A DNA stretch of 64,000 bases from a phage. The position numbers and the translations under genes are program-made. The stretch lies in sequence record PZ386957.1, one strand, 5' to 3'. The number at the start of each line of letters is the position of its first letter. The first letter of the stretch is position 1. This document shows positions 34,962 to 45,646 of this stretch, one piece after another. The notes beneath the pieces were generated by a model, which had not been told where the DNA came from, ran no database searches, and saw only the letters and a list, made by a program, of their open reading frames with translations.

Positions 34962-37900
34962 ATGGCAGATTTACTAAGTCAACATTTTAAGGCCACATTT
35001 GGCTTTGATGCTGGTAATGAAAAGGTCGTCAATGTAGCATTGGCTGATAAGAACACTCTCACCGATGCCGTTAACGTTGAATTTTTCAATTACCATAACG
35101 GTATTACGCAGTATGACACAACTCGCGGTTATGATCAATACGGTACTGCAATTTATCAAAACCGTCCTTACTATGCAAAGGAAAACATCGCGAAGCCAGC
35201 GGGAGAATTTGATCCGACTAAATGGCAAGCACTGCGTACTGATCCGCGTTGGGATTACATTGCAGCGACTTCCGGCGATACTCCCCTAAAGTCTGGTGAT
35301 TATATCGCTGCGGATTGCCAATTTGCAAACTTAACATTCTCCATGCCTACTAAGCCAGCCGAAGGCGATACTATAACAGTAAAAGATATCGGTGGCAAGT
35401 GCGGTGTAAACGAATTGTCGTTCCTCGCATCTGGTCATGAGTTCTATCATAATGGCACAGTATACAATAGAAAATGGTATTGCACAACTCCTTATTCGAT
35501 GATGTATTTCATCTTTGCTCGTGGACGTTGGCATGTATACCAGACTGGAACAGAGCCGCGCGGGGTATATGCACAGCCAGCTATTGATCCAATCCAGATG
35601 CAAAACGGAGATCAGGTATTCCGTCGCAGTTCATTAGGTAATATTGTATTGAAATTACCTAAGTTTGCAAATAACGGTGATATCATCAATACCACGGACC
35701 TGGATGGATTGACCGCAACAAATCACGTTACCATCAAGACACACGAAGGAGCGCCGGACCATTCTATTGGTGCAGTCGGTGTAAAAGAGATTGTAGGCAA
35801 ACGTAGTGGTCACGGTGTATTCATCTTTGATATTACTGAAAACTTATGGCGTGTTTGGGATGGTGATCAGTCTGTACGCTTAACGCCTATCGCATCGGAT
35901 ACCCGCTTGCTGCCTAACACGTATGTCGCTGTATTCGGTGATCGCAATGTCACTTTAACATTGCCTACTAACGTAGAGATCGGGGATCGTATTCAGGTCG
36001 CATTACAATACATGCACGGTACACAAACTTGCAAGATTGTAACGTCTGGGGCAGATACCAAAATTTTAATGCAGAAAAACATGCTGCAATTCCCTAAACG
36101 CAGCGAATATCCGTTTAATGGATCTGATACGTGGAAGGAAGTAACAGAGTTATCTTTCAGTGCTGCAACTGATTATGTTCCGTATCTGGAGTTCTCTTAT
36201 TCAGAAGGTGATGACGGTAAAAAACACTGGTTAGTAGCACATGCTCATCCTATCGTAGAACGGGTAGATCCGACTCGTAAAGATCGTGTGGGTGTAATTG
36301 CGCTGGCTACTCAAGACGAAACCAATAAAAACCATGAGCAGAATCCGAGCGACGAAGTAGCTGTTACCCCTCGTGTGTTGGCTAATAAAACCGCAACCGA
36401 AACACGACGCGGTATTGCAAGAATTGCTACGCAAGCAGAAACGCATCAAAATACTGGTTCTAACTTCCTTGATGATGTTATCGTTACACCTAAAAAATTA
36501 AATGATTGTGTTGCTACTGAATCACGTCGTGGTGTGCTGGAAATTGCAACGCAAGCAGAGACTAACGAAGGTTTAGACGATACCCGCGCTATTACTCCTA
36601 AGAAATTAGAAGAACGTCGCGCGAGTGAAACGTTGGCAGGGATTGCGGAAATTATTACGGCTGGCGGTAACGCTGCGGCAGTTCGTGGTCAAGCTGGTTC
36701 CGGTATCTACGATATCAATGACCATGCTAAAATCGTTACTCCCCATAACCTGAATGAAGTTAAAGCGACAGAAACATCTCGCGGTGTAGGTTATCTGGCA
36801 ACTGACGCAGAAGTACAGGGAGCGACCGAAGCAACACCGCAAGATGCATTGTTAATCACTACCCGTACTTTGACTAAGCGTATTGCAACAGAAACGCGCA
36901 CGGGGATCGCGGAAATCGCTACTCAAGCAGAAACCAATCAGGGGCAGCTTGATACCCATATTGTTACGCCGTTAAAACTCAATAACCGTCGTGCAACCGA
37001 AACGCTACATGGTCTAGCAGAAATCGCAACTCAGGTTGAATTTGACACAGGTCGAGATGATGCTCGCATTTCTACCCCATTGAAGATTAAAACCTTCTTT
37101 GAGAATGCACAGCGTTTGAAAGTAGATCCTACTCAGGGGCTTAACCTTACTGGCGATTTGTGGCAAGGTATTACTATTCGCGGTCTGGATGCTGACGAAG
37201 CAACTAAAGGCGTTGCTAAAGTCGCTACTGTCCAGTTAACCGACGCTGGTACTGATGATACCACAATCATTACGCCGAAGAAATTACAAGGTAAAAAAGC
37301 CACTGAAGTTAAAGAAGGTATTATTCGTGTTGGTACTCAAGCCGAAACCGTAGCAGGTATACTGGATGATGTGGCAGTATCGCCGAAGAACTTCAAATAT
37401 GTTGTTCAGGTTGATGACACATGGAAAGCAACGGAAGCGCGTCGCGGTTTTCTGAAAGTATCTACAAAAGAAAACTGTTTTGTTGGTAATGACCTTGCTG
37501 GTTCCACTCAAGCAATTGATCAATATCTGCATGATGGAATCGCAGTTACCCCGCGTGGTTTAAACTATGCACTGGCTAACTTCTTACCTAAAATGGCAAC
37601 CGCTCAGAATAGTTTGAAATTAGGCAACGTAGAAGCCGCTAAATGGGCGCGTAGAGACGTTGATCAGACTATCGAGGCCAATTACACGTTTAAGAAAAAT
37701 ATCAACGTGGAGGGTGATTTAGAGTGCTTAAAATCAGGTACGTTTGAAACACTGTATGTAACCAAAAATTCAACTGACGAGGCGAGCACCGGAAATCTGG
37801 TATTAGGTATCCGTGGTCAAAATGGTCATACCGGAATTGCATTGCATGGCACAACCGGAGATATTGAGAACTCATGGGCTATGCTCGTAGGCGGTACTGG

Positions 37901-38693
37901 TACTGGACAAATTACCAGCCCAACTGCAATTGCTTTCGGTGCGATTAGTGATATAGGGGCAATTGACCATTATGCATTCGCGGTAGAACGTAATGGTGAT
38001 GCGGCAGCATATCAGGACTTTATCGCAGGTCGTAACCTGTATGCTAAACAAGGTGGATTGTACATCGTCGATCACGAAAACGCAGCCATGACTTACTCAG
38101 GCGGTATTCTACATATTGGTCACGGTAAAGTCAATATTAAAGCTGGTTATCAGGAATTGACTACCGAAATCGCCGGACAAAAATATCAAATTGTCCATAA
38201 AGGAAACGCCGACGATGTTCTTGATCGTCAATTCGTCAAGAATGCTGGTGATACTATGGTCGGTAAACTGATTATGGACAATGCCGCAATTGTTTCTGTT
38301 AAGCATGAAGCTAGCGCAGCGACCGCCCCAGCCGTAGGTAATATCGGTTTCTGGAATATGCGCGTTACTACTCCATCAATCCGTGATTCTTATCCTGAAA
38401 AGAAAAACGGTACTTTGATGCAATGGGGTACTGATGCCGATGGTCTTACTCAGATGTGGTCGCCTGATGGTACACACAAACATTATATCCGTTCCGGTAC
38501 TGGTGGTCAATGGTCTGCGTGGGGTGAAATCTACACCAAACAGAACAAGCCTACCGCGCAGGAAATCGGTGCAATGGTTGCTGATGGCGGTTTAACCAAC
38601 TCTATGACCGTTCGAGATTGGGTTAAAATTGGTAACGTGAAAATCGTTGCAAATAACCTTACCCGGACAGTTGATTTTATTTGGGAAGATTAA
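34962..38693 (+). CDS. 34: long tail fibre proximal subunit gp34
   Basis: 1243 aa (T4 gp34 1289 aa); multiple ~35-aa ATETRRGIAEIATQAET...TPKKL repeats; late promoter upstream. Confidence 0.85.
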   Translation: MADLLSQHFKATFGFDAGNEKVVNVALADKNTLTDAVNVEFFNYHNGITQYDTTRGYDQYGTAIYQNRPYYAKENIAKPAGEFDPTKWQALRTDPRWDYIAATSGDTPLKSGDYIAADCQFANLTFSMPTKPAEGDTITVKDIGGKCGVNELSFLASGHEFYHNGTVYNRKWYCTTPYSMMYFIFARGRWHVYQTGTEPRGVYAQPAIDPIQMQNGDQVFRRSSLGNIVLKLPKFANNGDIINTTDLDGLTATNHVTIKTHEGAPDHSIGAVGVKEIVGKRSGHGVFIFDITENLWRVWDGDQSVRLTPIASDTRLLPNTYVAVFGDRNVTLTLPTNVEIGDRIQVALQYMHGTQTCKIVTSGADTKILMQKNMLQFPKRSEYPFNGSDTWKEVTELSFSAATDYVPYLEFSYSEGDDGKKHWLVAHAHPIVERVDPTRKDRVGVIALATQDETNKNHEQNPSDEVAVTPRVLANKTATETRRGIARIATQAETHQNTGSNFLDDVIVTPKKLNDCVATESRRGVLEIATQAETNEGLDDTRAITPKKLEERRASETLAGIAEIITAGGNAAAVRGQAGSGIYDINDHAKIVTPHNLNEVKATETSRGVGYLATDAEVQGATEATPQDALLITTRTLTKRIATETRTGIAEIATQAETNQGQLDTHIVTPLKLNNRRATETLHGLAEIATQVEFDTGRDDARISTPLKIKTFFENAQRLKVDPTQGLNLTGDLWQGITIRGLDADEATKGVAKVATVQLTDAGTDDTTIITPKKLQGKKATEVKEGIIRVGTQAETVAGILDDVAVSPKNFKYVVQVDDTWKATEARRGFLKVSTKENCFVGNDLAGSTQAIDQYLHDGIAVTPRGLNYALANFLPKMATAQNSLKLGNVEAAKWARRDVDQTIEANYTFKKNINVEGDLECLKSGTFETLYVTKNSTDEASTGNLVLGIRGQNGHTGIALHGTTGDIENSWAMLVGGTGTGQITSPTAIAFGAISDIGAIDHYAFAVERNGDAAAYQDFIAGRNLYAKQGGLYIVDHENAAMTYSGGILHIGHGKVNIKAGYQELTTEIAGQKYQIVHKGNADDVLDRQFVKNAGDTMVGKLIMDNAAIVSVKHEASAATAPAVGNIGFWNMRVTTPSIRDSYPEKKNGTLMQWGTDADGLTQMWSPDGTHKHYIRSGTGGQWSAWGEIYTKQNKPTAQEIGAMVADGGLTNSMTVRDWVKIGNVKIVANNLTRTVDFIWED
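36350..37480 (+). repeat. tandem in-frame coding repeats within gp34
   Basis: At least nine copies of an A-T-E-T-x-x-G-[IV]-A-E-I-A-T-Q-A-E-T...T-P-K-K-L unit. Confidence 0.6.
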
Positions 38694-38698
38694 TTTAA

Positions 38699-38716
38699 GG
38701 GGGCTTTGCCCCCTTT
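38699..38716 (+). terminator. hairpin after gene 34
   Basis: GGGGGCtttGCCCCC followed by T-containing tract. Confidence 0.5.
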
Positions 38717-38725
38717 GGAGTTATT

Positions 38726-39865
38726 ATGTCAGAAGAAATCGAATTGCGCAATACAGGAATTAAATTTGCACATTTTGATCAAGATTCCGTAACATTTAAC
38801 AGCATATCAGAAAACAACTCTGTGATGTATAAGCTGGAAGTGCGCGGATCTAATAGTGATTCGACTAAACCAGCAAGGATCAGATTCAATGGCGTAGAGA
38901 TTACTGGCACTGGCTATCAAGTCGGTTTGAATTTTAAAGTGTTGACTCCAACCGGACAACTCCACGAAGAAAAGATATTCTATGGACGTGGTGCAGCCTT
39001 AGCAATGCGCGATTATCTCAATACCCTGAAAGGGGATTATATCATCGCAATGGCCTCGCATGGTAAATTGACACCTGATCCAGTAAATGATGAAATATTC
39101 AATCGATTAGGATCAGTATCATATCCAAATCATATTCTATTACAACAAATGCCGCAAGTTAGTTATGCAGCAATCTATTCTACTAAAATGGGTAAAGTCG
39201 TTTGTGAAGGTATGCAAGCATCACACGGAGAAGGGCAAGATTCATCTATACAAATAGAGAAAGTCTATGATACAATAGATGATTTGGCAATTACCGGAAT
39301 CCCTCAACGATTCTTAGATTATCCAGTGGAATATGTTAGCGAAGACGCAGAACACTTTGAATTAGTACAATGGCCTAAAAACGAAATATCCGCGCCTATG
39401 ACAGACTTTAATATCAAGGCAGGAGATAAGCTATCTATTTCATTTGAGCTATTCAGAGATGATGCAGCGGCTTCTGCTGGCGTGACCGCAAGGTTCTTCC
39501 ACAATTATTTTCTGGAAGGAACTTATAAAACTGGTGTACGTTACAATGCAACAAAACGCGATCAGTGGGAAAGGTTTGATGCGGTGTATACTGTACCGGA
39601 AGGAGTTGATAGTGTAGTAACTGGCTGTATCCGGTATCCAACTAACTCCAGTGAAGGGATTGTTAAGGTGCGCAATATTCTGATTACCCAGATTAGCGGA
39701 GTAGTCAAAACCGATGGTCCTACTTCCTTTGGTGTTAACGGTGTTAGAACTACAAGCATTCAAGATAACGGTGACTTCACTAATCCGGTTATGAGTCTGC
39801 TTAAATTACCGCGAGACAACAAACATCTTACTTCCAATAACTTTAAAGAATTTGATGTTGATTAA
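38726..39865 (+). CDS. 35: long tail fibre hinge connector gp35
   Basis: 379 aa (T4 gp35 372 aa); positional. Confidence 0.65.
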   Translation: MSEEIELRNTGIKFAHFDQDSVTFNSISENNSVMYKLEVRGSNSDSTKPARIRFNGVEITGTGYQVGLNFKVLTPTGQLHEEKIFYGRGAALAMRDYLNTLKGDYIIAMASHGKLTPDPVNDEIFNRLGSVSYPNHILLQQMPQVSYAAIYSTKMGKVVCEGMQASHGEGQDSSIQIEKVYDTIDDLAITGIPQRFLDYPVEYVSEDAEHFELVQWPKNEISAPMTDFNIKAGDKLSISFELFRDDAAASAGVTARFFHNYFLEGTYKTGVRYNATKRDQWERFDAVYTVPEGVDSVVTGCIRYPTNSSEGIVKVRNILITQISGVVKTDGPTSFGVNGVRTTSIQDNGDFTNPVMSLLKLPRDNKHLTSNNFKEFDVD

Positions 39866-39870
39866 CCAAA

Positions 39871-39897
39871 AAGCCGATCCTTGTGGTCGGCTTAATT
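39871..39897 (+). terminator. rho-independent terminator after gene 35
   Basis: GCCGATCcttgtGGTCGGC hairpin + ttaattttt. Confidence 0.7.
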
Positions 39898-40030
39898 TTT
39901 ATGGGAATGGTTAAAACTTAACCAAAACGGTGATCTTTATTATCCTGAAAGATACACGTTTGATTAATAATTAATCATCAAACAAATAGTGCCTCCGGCA
40001 CTCGCGAAGCGATAATTTTTTACTTAATTT

Positions 40031-40038
40031 TATAAATA
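40031..40038 (+). promoter_or_regulatory. T4-type late promoter (TATAAATA) for gene 36
   Basis: tttTATAAATActcag about 33 nt upstream of the ATG. Confidence 0.6.
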
Positions 40039-40070
40039 CTCAGTATTATAACTAGATTTGAGGAAATCTT

Positions 40071-41561
40071 ATGGCAGATTTGAAACATGGATCTACAGTT
40101 GGTGGATCACCGATTTGGACTCAAGGTAACTTGACAATCCAACCAGCGGGAGATCAACTATTCTATAAAGGTCATAAAATATACACTGCTTCCGACCGAC
40201 CTTCTGCTGGTGATGTTGATTCGGTTAGTGCTACCGAAGGTGGTACATTTCAAAGACCAGTTCATTTCAATGAAGGATTGAGTGTAGGTAGCGCATCGGC
40301 AGGTGAGACAAAAAAGAACGGATTATTCCCCGGTCAAAGCGATGCTGCTAATTTTGACGGTGTAAGTTGGGGTTTGCATTCATGGAAGTCAATTGGCTTT
40401 GTAAATGCCCGTGATGGCGTTATAATGGCATATATTGACACAACCACAGGTGATTTTAATACTAAAGGTTCCATTAATGGTGTAAACGTCAAAGACTCAG
40501 GTCAACGCGTCTATAGTCCGGTTAATAAGCCGACAAATAATGATTTGGATTTAGTTTCTCGTCGCGGTGATACTCTCACCGGAACTTATAATCTAAACAC
40601 TGTTACCGTTAAATTGTCTGTTGATTCTAAATTGGTGGCGAGAGATCGTGATTTAATTAACTTTGATGCAAGCAAGATTTATTATGGGAATACCGTAGAT
40701 TCTTTGGTATTCCGTAGTAAAGCAGAGCCATTAATTTATGTTAATGGTAAAGAAGGTAAATTCTATCACACCAATAATAAACCGACTAAGGCCGACGTTG
40801 GTCTAGGTAATGTCACCAATGATGCACAGGTTAAGCGTGCCGGTGATATCATGGAAGGTAATTTGCAAGCGCCTAGAATGTTGGCTACAAATGATCCGGC
40901 TGGTCCTAATGAACTAGTTAGATTAAGCTATTTTGAGAAAAAATCAATGGTAGCCAATCCAACGATCATCGGTACTGCTGATTGGAATACACTTATTGAC
41001 CGTGGTATCTATCGTGTAGAGAATGCTGGTTCTGGTACTAATATACCCTCAGATAGTTATTACTATGGGGTGTTAATGATCTATCGACCAGAAGATGCAA
41101 CGGGAACTCGTCGAATTGTTCAAGTTTATTACCCAGAGTCGATTAATCATCCGGTTTGTTGGCGTTCTTGTTCTGGTACTTCGTGGACTGCATGGAACTA
41201 TGTAGATCACCGTAAATTGGCTGATGCTCGCTATGTTAATGTTACTGGCGATAAGATGTCTGGTGCTTTATCTGTTCCTGCTGGGAATGGTGTTCGTACT
41301 ATAAGCACTAACTATAACGGTGATAACTATTACGTTGGTCTTAATAGCTTAGACGGCGTTGCTATGATCGAGCGGGTGAGCGACCTTAAGGCAAAAGAGC
41401 GTTTAGGTATTACTCATGATTCTAAGATTGTATTTGTTCGTTCTAAGAACAACACACAAACACAAGAAACATTAGAATTATATCATGAAGGCCATAAACC
41501 TACTCCTGCCGAAGTTGGCGCTGTTCCGCTTAACGCAGTAATTGATTTCGGTACTTTCTAA
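40071..41561 (+). CDS. 36: long tail fibre distal connector gp36 (enlarged)
   Basis: 496 aa; MADL N-terminus shared with 34 and 37; positional. Confidence 0.55.
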   Translation: MADLKHGSTVGGSPIWTQGNLTIQPAGDQLFYKGHKIYTASDRPSAGDVDSVSATEGGTFQRPVHFNEGLSVGSASAGETKKNGLFPGQSDAANFDGVSWGLHSWKSIGFVNARDGVIMAYIDTTTGDFNTKGSINGVNVKDSGQRVYSPVNKPTNNDLDLVSRRGDTLTGTYNLNTVTVKLSVDSKLVARDRDLINFDASKIYYGNTVDSLVFRSKAEPLIYVNGKEGKFYHTNNKPTKADVGLGNVTNDAQVKRAGDIMEGNLQAPRMLATNDPAGPNELVRLSYFEKKSMVANPTIIGTADWNTLIDRGIYRVENAGSGTNIPSDSYYYGVLMIYRPEDATGTRRIVQVYYPESINHPVCWRSCSGTSWTAWNYVDHRKLADARYVNVTGDKMSGALSVPAGNGVRTISTNYNGDNYYVGLNSLDGVAMIERVSDLKAKERLGITHDSKIVFVRSKNNTQTQETLELYHEGHKPTPAEVGAVPLNAVIDFGTF

Positions 41562-41563
41562 TT

Positions 41564-41590
41564 TTAGCGGGGATTCTTTCCCCGCTTTTT
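41564..41590 (+). terminator. rho-independent terminator after gene 36
   Basis: GCGGGGAttctttCCCCGC + ttttt. Confidence 0.65.
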
Positions 41591-41632
41591 CTAAATAATA
41601 CTATTCTAATAACTGTTTAAGGATTTTATAAA

Positions 41633-44389
41633 ATGGCAGATTTAAGCAGAATCCAATTTAAACGCACTAGCACAGCCGGACGTAAACCTGATGCGAATAT
41701 TCTAACTCCGGGTGAACTTGCTATTAACCTAGCGGATCGAGAACTATATACAAAAGATGATGACAATAATGTAATTACTTTGGGACACTTTCGCGGTGAA
41801 TTGCCAACTGATGCAAATTTAGATAATTATGGACCTACTGGTAAGTTTACTGGTATTTGGTCTAAAGCAACTTCAACCAACGCTCAGCCAACACATAAAT
41901 TCCCAGAAGATAATGCTGTGGGTGTATTGGAAGTATTTGCCGCTGGACAATTTGCCGGAACTCAGCGTTATACTGTTCGGTCTGGTAACGTCTATATTCG
42001 TTCCTTATCTGCTAAATGGAATGGTGTAGATGGTCCGTGGGGTGCGTGGAGGAATATTCAAACTGGTACACGACCACTATCAACCACATTGGACTTGAAT
42101 ACTTTAGGTGATGCATCTCATTTTGGTTTATGGAGGAATAGTTCAAGTTCTATTGCATCATTTTCTCGAAATTACCCAGAAGAAGGCGGTCTCGCGCAAG
42201 GTCTTTTAGAAATTTATGAAGGCGGTAACTATTCGCGCACACAGCGTTATACTACACGTATGGGTGTTGTGTATGTTCGTTGTCTTGCTGGTGCATGGGA
42301 TTCAGAAGCACCGAATTGGGGAGCGTGGCAACAAGTTGGTAACGTGACACCAGCGACTTTCTATGACGGAGACCTTAATAATTTTCGTTCTCCTGGTTTA
42401 TATAATATTTTAGGCACTGATGCCGTTATTAACTGTCCTACAGGGGAAGGGCTACCAGCCGTTATTGTTGGTTTATTGGAAGTTAAACAACGTGCTTCTG
42501 GTGGTGCAATTTTCCAAAAATTCACTACTGCCGGAACGGGAACTACTACCCGTGGACGTATTTTCGAACGTGCGATGACCAATAATATTTGGGGTGCATG
42601 GAACGAAGTATATACGTCTTATTCTCTGCCAATTACTTTGGGTATGGGTGGTGTTAAAACTCAGTTAACCGCGCTTGACTGGCAAACTTTCGATTTTGTT
42701 CCTGGTGCTATGTATAGCGTACCGTTGAACAAGATGACCAATATACCAGCAAATATGGATTGGGGAACTATTGATGGAAACCTAGTAATGCTGGCAGTAG
42801 GTCCGAGCGAGCATACCGGAACAGGTCGCACCGTTCAGGTTTGGCGTGGTACTGTAAGTCAAGCGAACTACCGTTATTTTGTCGTTCGTGTCGCCGGTAA
42901 TCCAGGAAACAGGACTAACACTTGTCGCCGTGTTGTTGTGGAAGATGGTCGCCATACATGGACAGCACAACAAGATTTTAATGGTGCTGTTAACTTCGGT
43001 AGCTCAACAACGTTTAAATCAACTACGACATTTAATACAGAAGTTAAATTCCGCTCATCTAACGCATTTCGTATGTATGGTGGTAACTTCGGTGCATTCA
43101 TGCGCAATGACGGTGAAAGTCTTTATATTCTTTCCACCAACGAAAATGATCAAGATGGAAACTTTAACACCAATAGACCTTTCCGATATCAATTGAAAAC
43201 TGGCGATGTTACTCTTGGTGGAACTAGCGGTGCTAACGCTTTAGTATTAAAAGGTGGTTCTCTTGCTGCTACCTTTGGTGGTGACATTAACTTGAGTAAA
43301 GGATATTTGACGTTTGAGGCTGGGCGATTATATTCTCGCGATTACTTCCGGTTTAACCATTGGGGTGATAGTAATAATGCGCGTGATAACATTATTCAGT
43401 TAGAAGATAGTCAAGGAGCACATTTTTCTACTGAACGTCAAATGTCAAACGGTGCAATTAAAACTAAATTCTTTGGACAAGTTGAGTCGAATGGACGGTT
43501 AACAATCAATGCACCAGGTGATGCTATTGTATTATCAACAACTGCTGGTAATTCTTTGCATATTCGCGGTGACGTAGGCGGGAATAATAACTGGTATATT
43601 GGTAAGGGTGGTGCTGATAATTCGCTAGCATTTTATAGCTATGCTACTCAGGCGGCAGTACATATCACAAACAACGGTGAGATTGCGTTAAACCCGCAAA
43701 ATACCGCAGTGGTTAACGTTAACCGCGACCGTGTGCATATCAATGGAACAGGTTGGGTTGCCCGACATTCCGGCGCATGGGTTGGCCAATGGAGAGAAGA
43801 AGCACCATTATTCGTTGATCACGGTAACGTTGGAGAGGATAGCTATTATCCGATTTTGAAAGGAAAAAGCAACATCACGAATCAAGGATATACTACTGCC
43901 GTAGATTTTGGTATACGTCGTGTTCCTAGCAAATGGGGTCAAGCAATTATTCGAGTTGCTTCTGCGGAGGCTTCACCTGATGCTGGTCATCCTCAAGCTG
44001 TATTTGAATTTCATCATGACGGATTATTTTATTCGCCAGGTAACGGTAATTTTAACGATGTGTATATTCGTTCTGATTCTCGTCTTAAGATCAATAAAGA
44101 AGAATTGGAAGATGGTGCAGTTGAAAAGGTATGTAGACTGAAAGTTTATACCTACGATAAAGTTAAGTCTATTAAAGATCGTAGTGTTATTAAACGTGAA
44201 GTTGGTGTTCTTGCTCAAGATCTTGAAAAAGAATTGCCCGAAGCTGTATCTAAAGTTGAAGTTGATGGATCTGATGTTCTGACAATTTCTAACTCTGCTG
44301 TGAATGCTCTTTTAATTAAGGCTATTCAGGAAATGAGCGAAGAATTGAAAGCCGTTAAAGCTGAACTAGCGGAACTTAAAAAGAATTAA
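41633..44389 (+). CDS. 37: long tail fibre distal subunit gp37 with C-terminal intramolecular chaperone / autoprotease domain
   Basis: 918 aa; C-terminus ...IRSDSRLKINKEEL...LAQDLEKELPEAV... resembles S74-type self-cleaving chaperone domains; no gene 38 follows. Confidence 0.7.
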   Translation: MADLSRIQFKRTSTAGRKPDANILTPGELAINLADRELYTKDDDNNVITLGHFRGELPTDANLDNYGPTGKFTGIWSKATSTNAQPTHKFPEDNAVGVLEVFAAGQFAGTQRYTVRSGNVYIRSLSAKWNGVDGPWGAWRNIQTGTRPLSTTLDLNTLGDASHFGLWRNSSSSIASFSRNYPEEGGLAQGLLEIYEGGNYSRTQRYTTRMGVVYVRCLAGAWDSEAPNWGAWQQVGNVTPATFYDGDLNNFRSPGLYNILGTDAVINCPTGEGLPAVIVGLLEVKQRASGGAIFQKFTTAGTGTTTRGRIFERAMTNNIWGAWNEVYTSYSLPITLGMGGVKTQLTALDWQTFDFVPGAMYSVPLNKMTNIPANMDWGTIDGNLVMLAVGPSEHTGTGRTVQVWRGTVSQANYRYFVVRVAGNPGNRTNTCRRVVVEDGRHTWTAQQDFNGAVNFGSSTTFKSTTTFNTEVKFRSSNAFRMYGGNFGAFMRNDGESLYILSTNENDQDGNFNTNRPFRYQLKTGDVTLGGTSGANALVLKGGSLAATFGGDINLSKGYLTFEAGRLYSRDYFRFNHWGDSNNARDNIIQLEDSQGAHFSTERQMSNGAIKTKFFGQVESNGRLTINAPGDAIVLSTTAGNSLHIRGDVGGNNNWYIGKGGADNSLAFYSYATQAAVHITNNGEIALNPQNTAVVNVNRDRVHINGTGWVARHSGAWVGQWREEAPLFVDHGNVGEDSYYPILKGKSNITNQGYTTAVDFGIRRVPSKWGQAIIRVASAEASPDAGHPQAVFEFHHDGLFYSPGNGNFNDVYIRSDSRLKINKEELEDGAVEKVCRLKVYTYDKVKSIKDRSVIKREVGVLAQDLEKELPEAVSKVEVDGSDVLTISNSAVNALLIKAIQEMSEELKAVKAELAELKKN

Positions 44390-44431
44390 GGAAAACTCCC
44401 AGGGAAGGGAAACTACTAAGGAGAAACGGCT

Positions 44432-44671
44432 ATGGTCTATAATATCGTCATTGGTGCCTTGTCTAGTTTCGGAATGAAACTATTATCAAAGTTAATTAGT
44501 GAAAAGATGCTCACTAAAATTTTCTTCTATTGCGCTCGTCGTCTTGCGGCATATACCAATACGCCAATTGATGATCGTTTCGTGGAAGAACTTTATAAGG
44601 AGTTTAATAAAGATCAGTCAGAAGATAGCAACGAGCAGAATAAAACGGGTGACAGTCAAGTACCTAAATAA
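44432..44671 (+). CDS. hypothetical small protein
   Basis: 79 aa ORF between 37 and t. Confidence 0.35.
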   Translation: MVYNIVIGALSSFGMKLLSKLISEKMLTKIFFYCARRLAAYTNTPIDDRFVEELYKEFNKDQSEDSNEQNKTGDSQVPK

Positions 44672-44705
44672 TGGTACACTGTCATAGTTATTTTTAGGGC
44701 ATTAT

Positions 44706-45362
44706 ATGCAAGTTTCTGAAAAAGAGAAAGACTTTGCTATCTCAAATGTCCTGCGCGCTATTTTCACAACTAAAAGCACGGAGTTGCTCGTACTTCGTGT
44801 TTTTGCTGCCGTTGTGTTGTCTATATTAGCATTTGTCGTTTATAGCAAAAACGAGTTGTTTGCGCTTTATAAAGAAACTCGTTATGAGACTTATGCTCAC
44901 GTTCTCCAGGTAGAAAAAGACCGCAATTTTGATAATGCAGCACAGGAGCAGTTACAGATAGTTCATGTGTCGGCAGATGCCGATTTTTCTGCTGTTTTTA
45001 GCTTTCGTCCAAAAAACCTAAACTATTTCGTTGATTTGGTGGCATATGAAGGAAAGCTACCGCATACAATCGATGAAAAGAATTTAGGCGGATTCCCTAT
45101 CAATAAAACGAGTGAAGAATATCGTAGGCATCTTTTAGGTAAATCCTATTTTACCGATAAAGATTTCCAGTATATTCCGTCGAGGGAGAAAAAATTAGAG
45201 AATATCGATATAGGATTCATGTATTCTTGTCCTATATTCAATCTCGATAATGTCTATTCTGGTAGTATCGCCATTGCATGGAAGAATAAACCAGATATTG
45301 ACATTGAGAATTTAGATACTCTTTGTAGTCAATCTGCCAGAATCCTCGGAAGGATTAGATAA
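44706..45362 (+). CDS. t: holin T
   Basis: 218 aa, same length as T4 T; single N-proximal TMD; strings recalled from T4 T (EQLQIVHVS, FSAVFSFRPKNLNYFVDL, C-terminal ARILGR). Confidence 0.85.
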   Translation: MQVSEKEKDFAISNVLRAIFTTKSTELLVLRVFAAVVLSILAFVVYSKNELFALYKETRYETYAHVLQVEKDRNFDNAAQEQLQIVHVSADADFSAVFSFRPKNLNYFVDLVAYEGKLPHTIDEKNLGGFPINKTSEEYRRHLLGKSYFTDKDFQYIPSREKKLENIDIGFMYSCPIFNLDNVYSGSIAIAWKNKPDIDIENLDTLCSQSARILGRIR

Positions 45363-45368
45363 ATTAAA

Positions 45369-45395
45369 GGGGGAGCCTTTCGGCCTCCCCTTCTT
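45369..45395 (+). terminator. bidirectional rho-independent terminator after t
   Basis: GGGGGAGCCtttcGGCCTCCCC hairpin flanked by A-run and T-run. Confidence 0.7.
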
Positions 45396-45397
45396 TT

Positions 45398-45646
45398 TTA
45401 GTGACGCATAGAAGCGCCTGAATCGCATTTTGACGCAGTATGATGAAAACATGTGGCGTACCAGTCATCGGCTTGTTTGTCCTCGTCAGAGAACGCATAA
45501 TTTCGTTGTATGCCGTTTTCTACTTTGACCAGTGCAATAGCTGTTTCTGGAAGATCAATCAATCGGACAAAATCACCATCTTCCCACTCTACACGAGCAA
45601 TATCATAACCCATCTCAAAATATGCAATCGCTTGTTCTAATTTCAT
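45398..45646 (-). CDS. hypothetical small protein
   Basis: 82 aa ORF. Confidence 0.35.
   Translation of the reverse strand: MKLEQAIAYFEMGYDIARVEWEDGDFVRLIDLPETAIALVKVENGIQRNYAFSDEDKQADDWYATCFHHTASKCDSGASMRH

Noticed and set aside
41591-41632. Late promoter for gene 37 (ctaaataa / tataaaat immediately before the ATG)
   Set aside because: Neither match is a clean TATAAATA at a workable distance from the start codon. Gene 37 may be co-transcribed with 36 or use a variant late promoter; not called.
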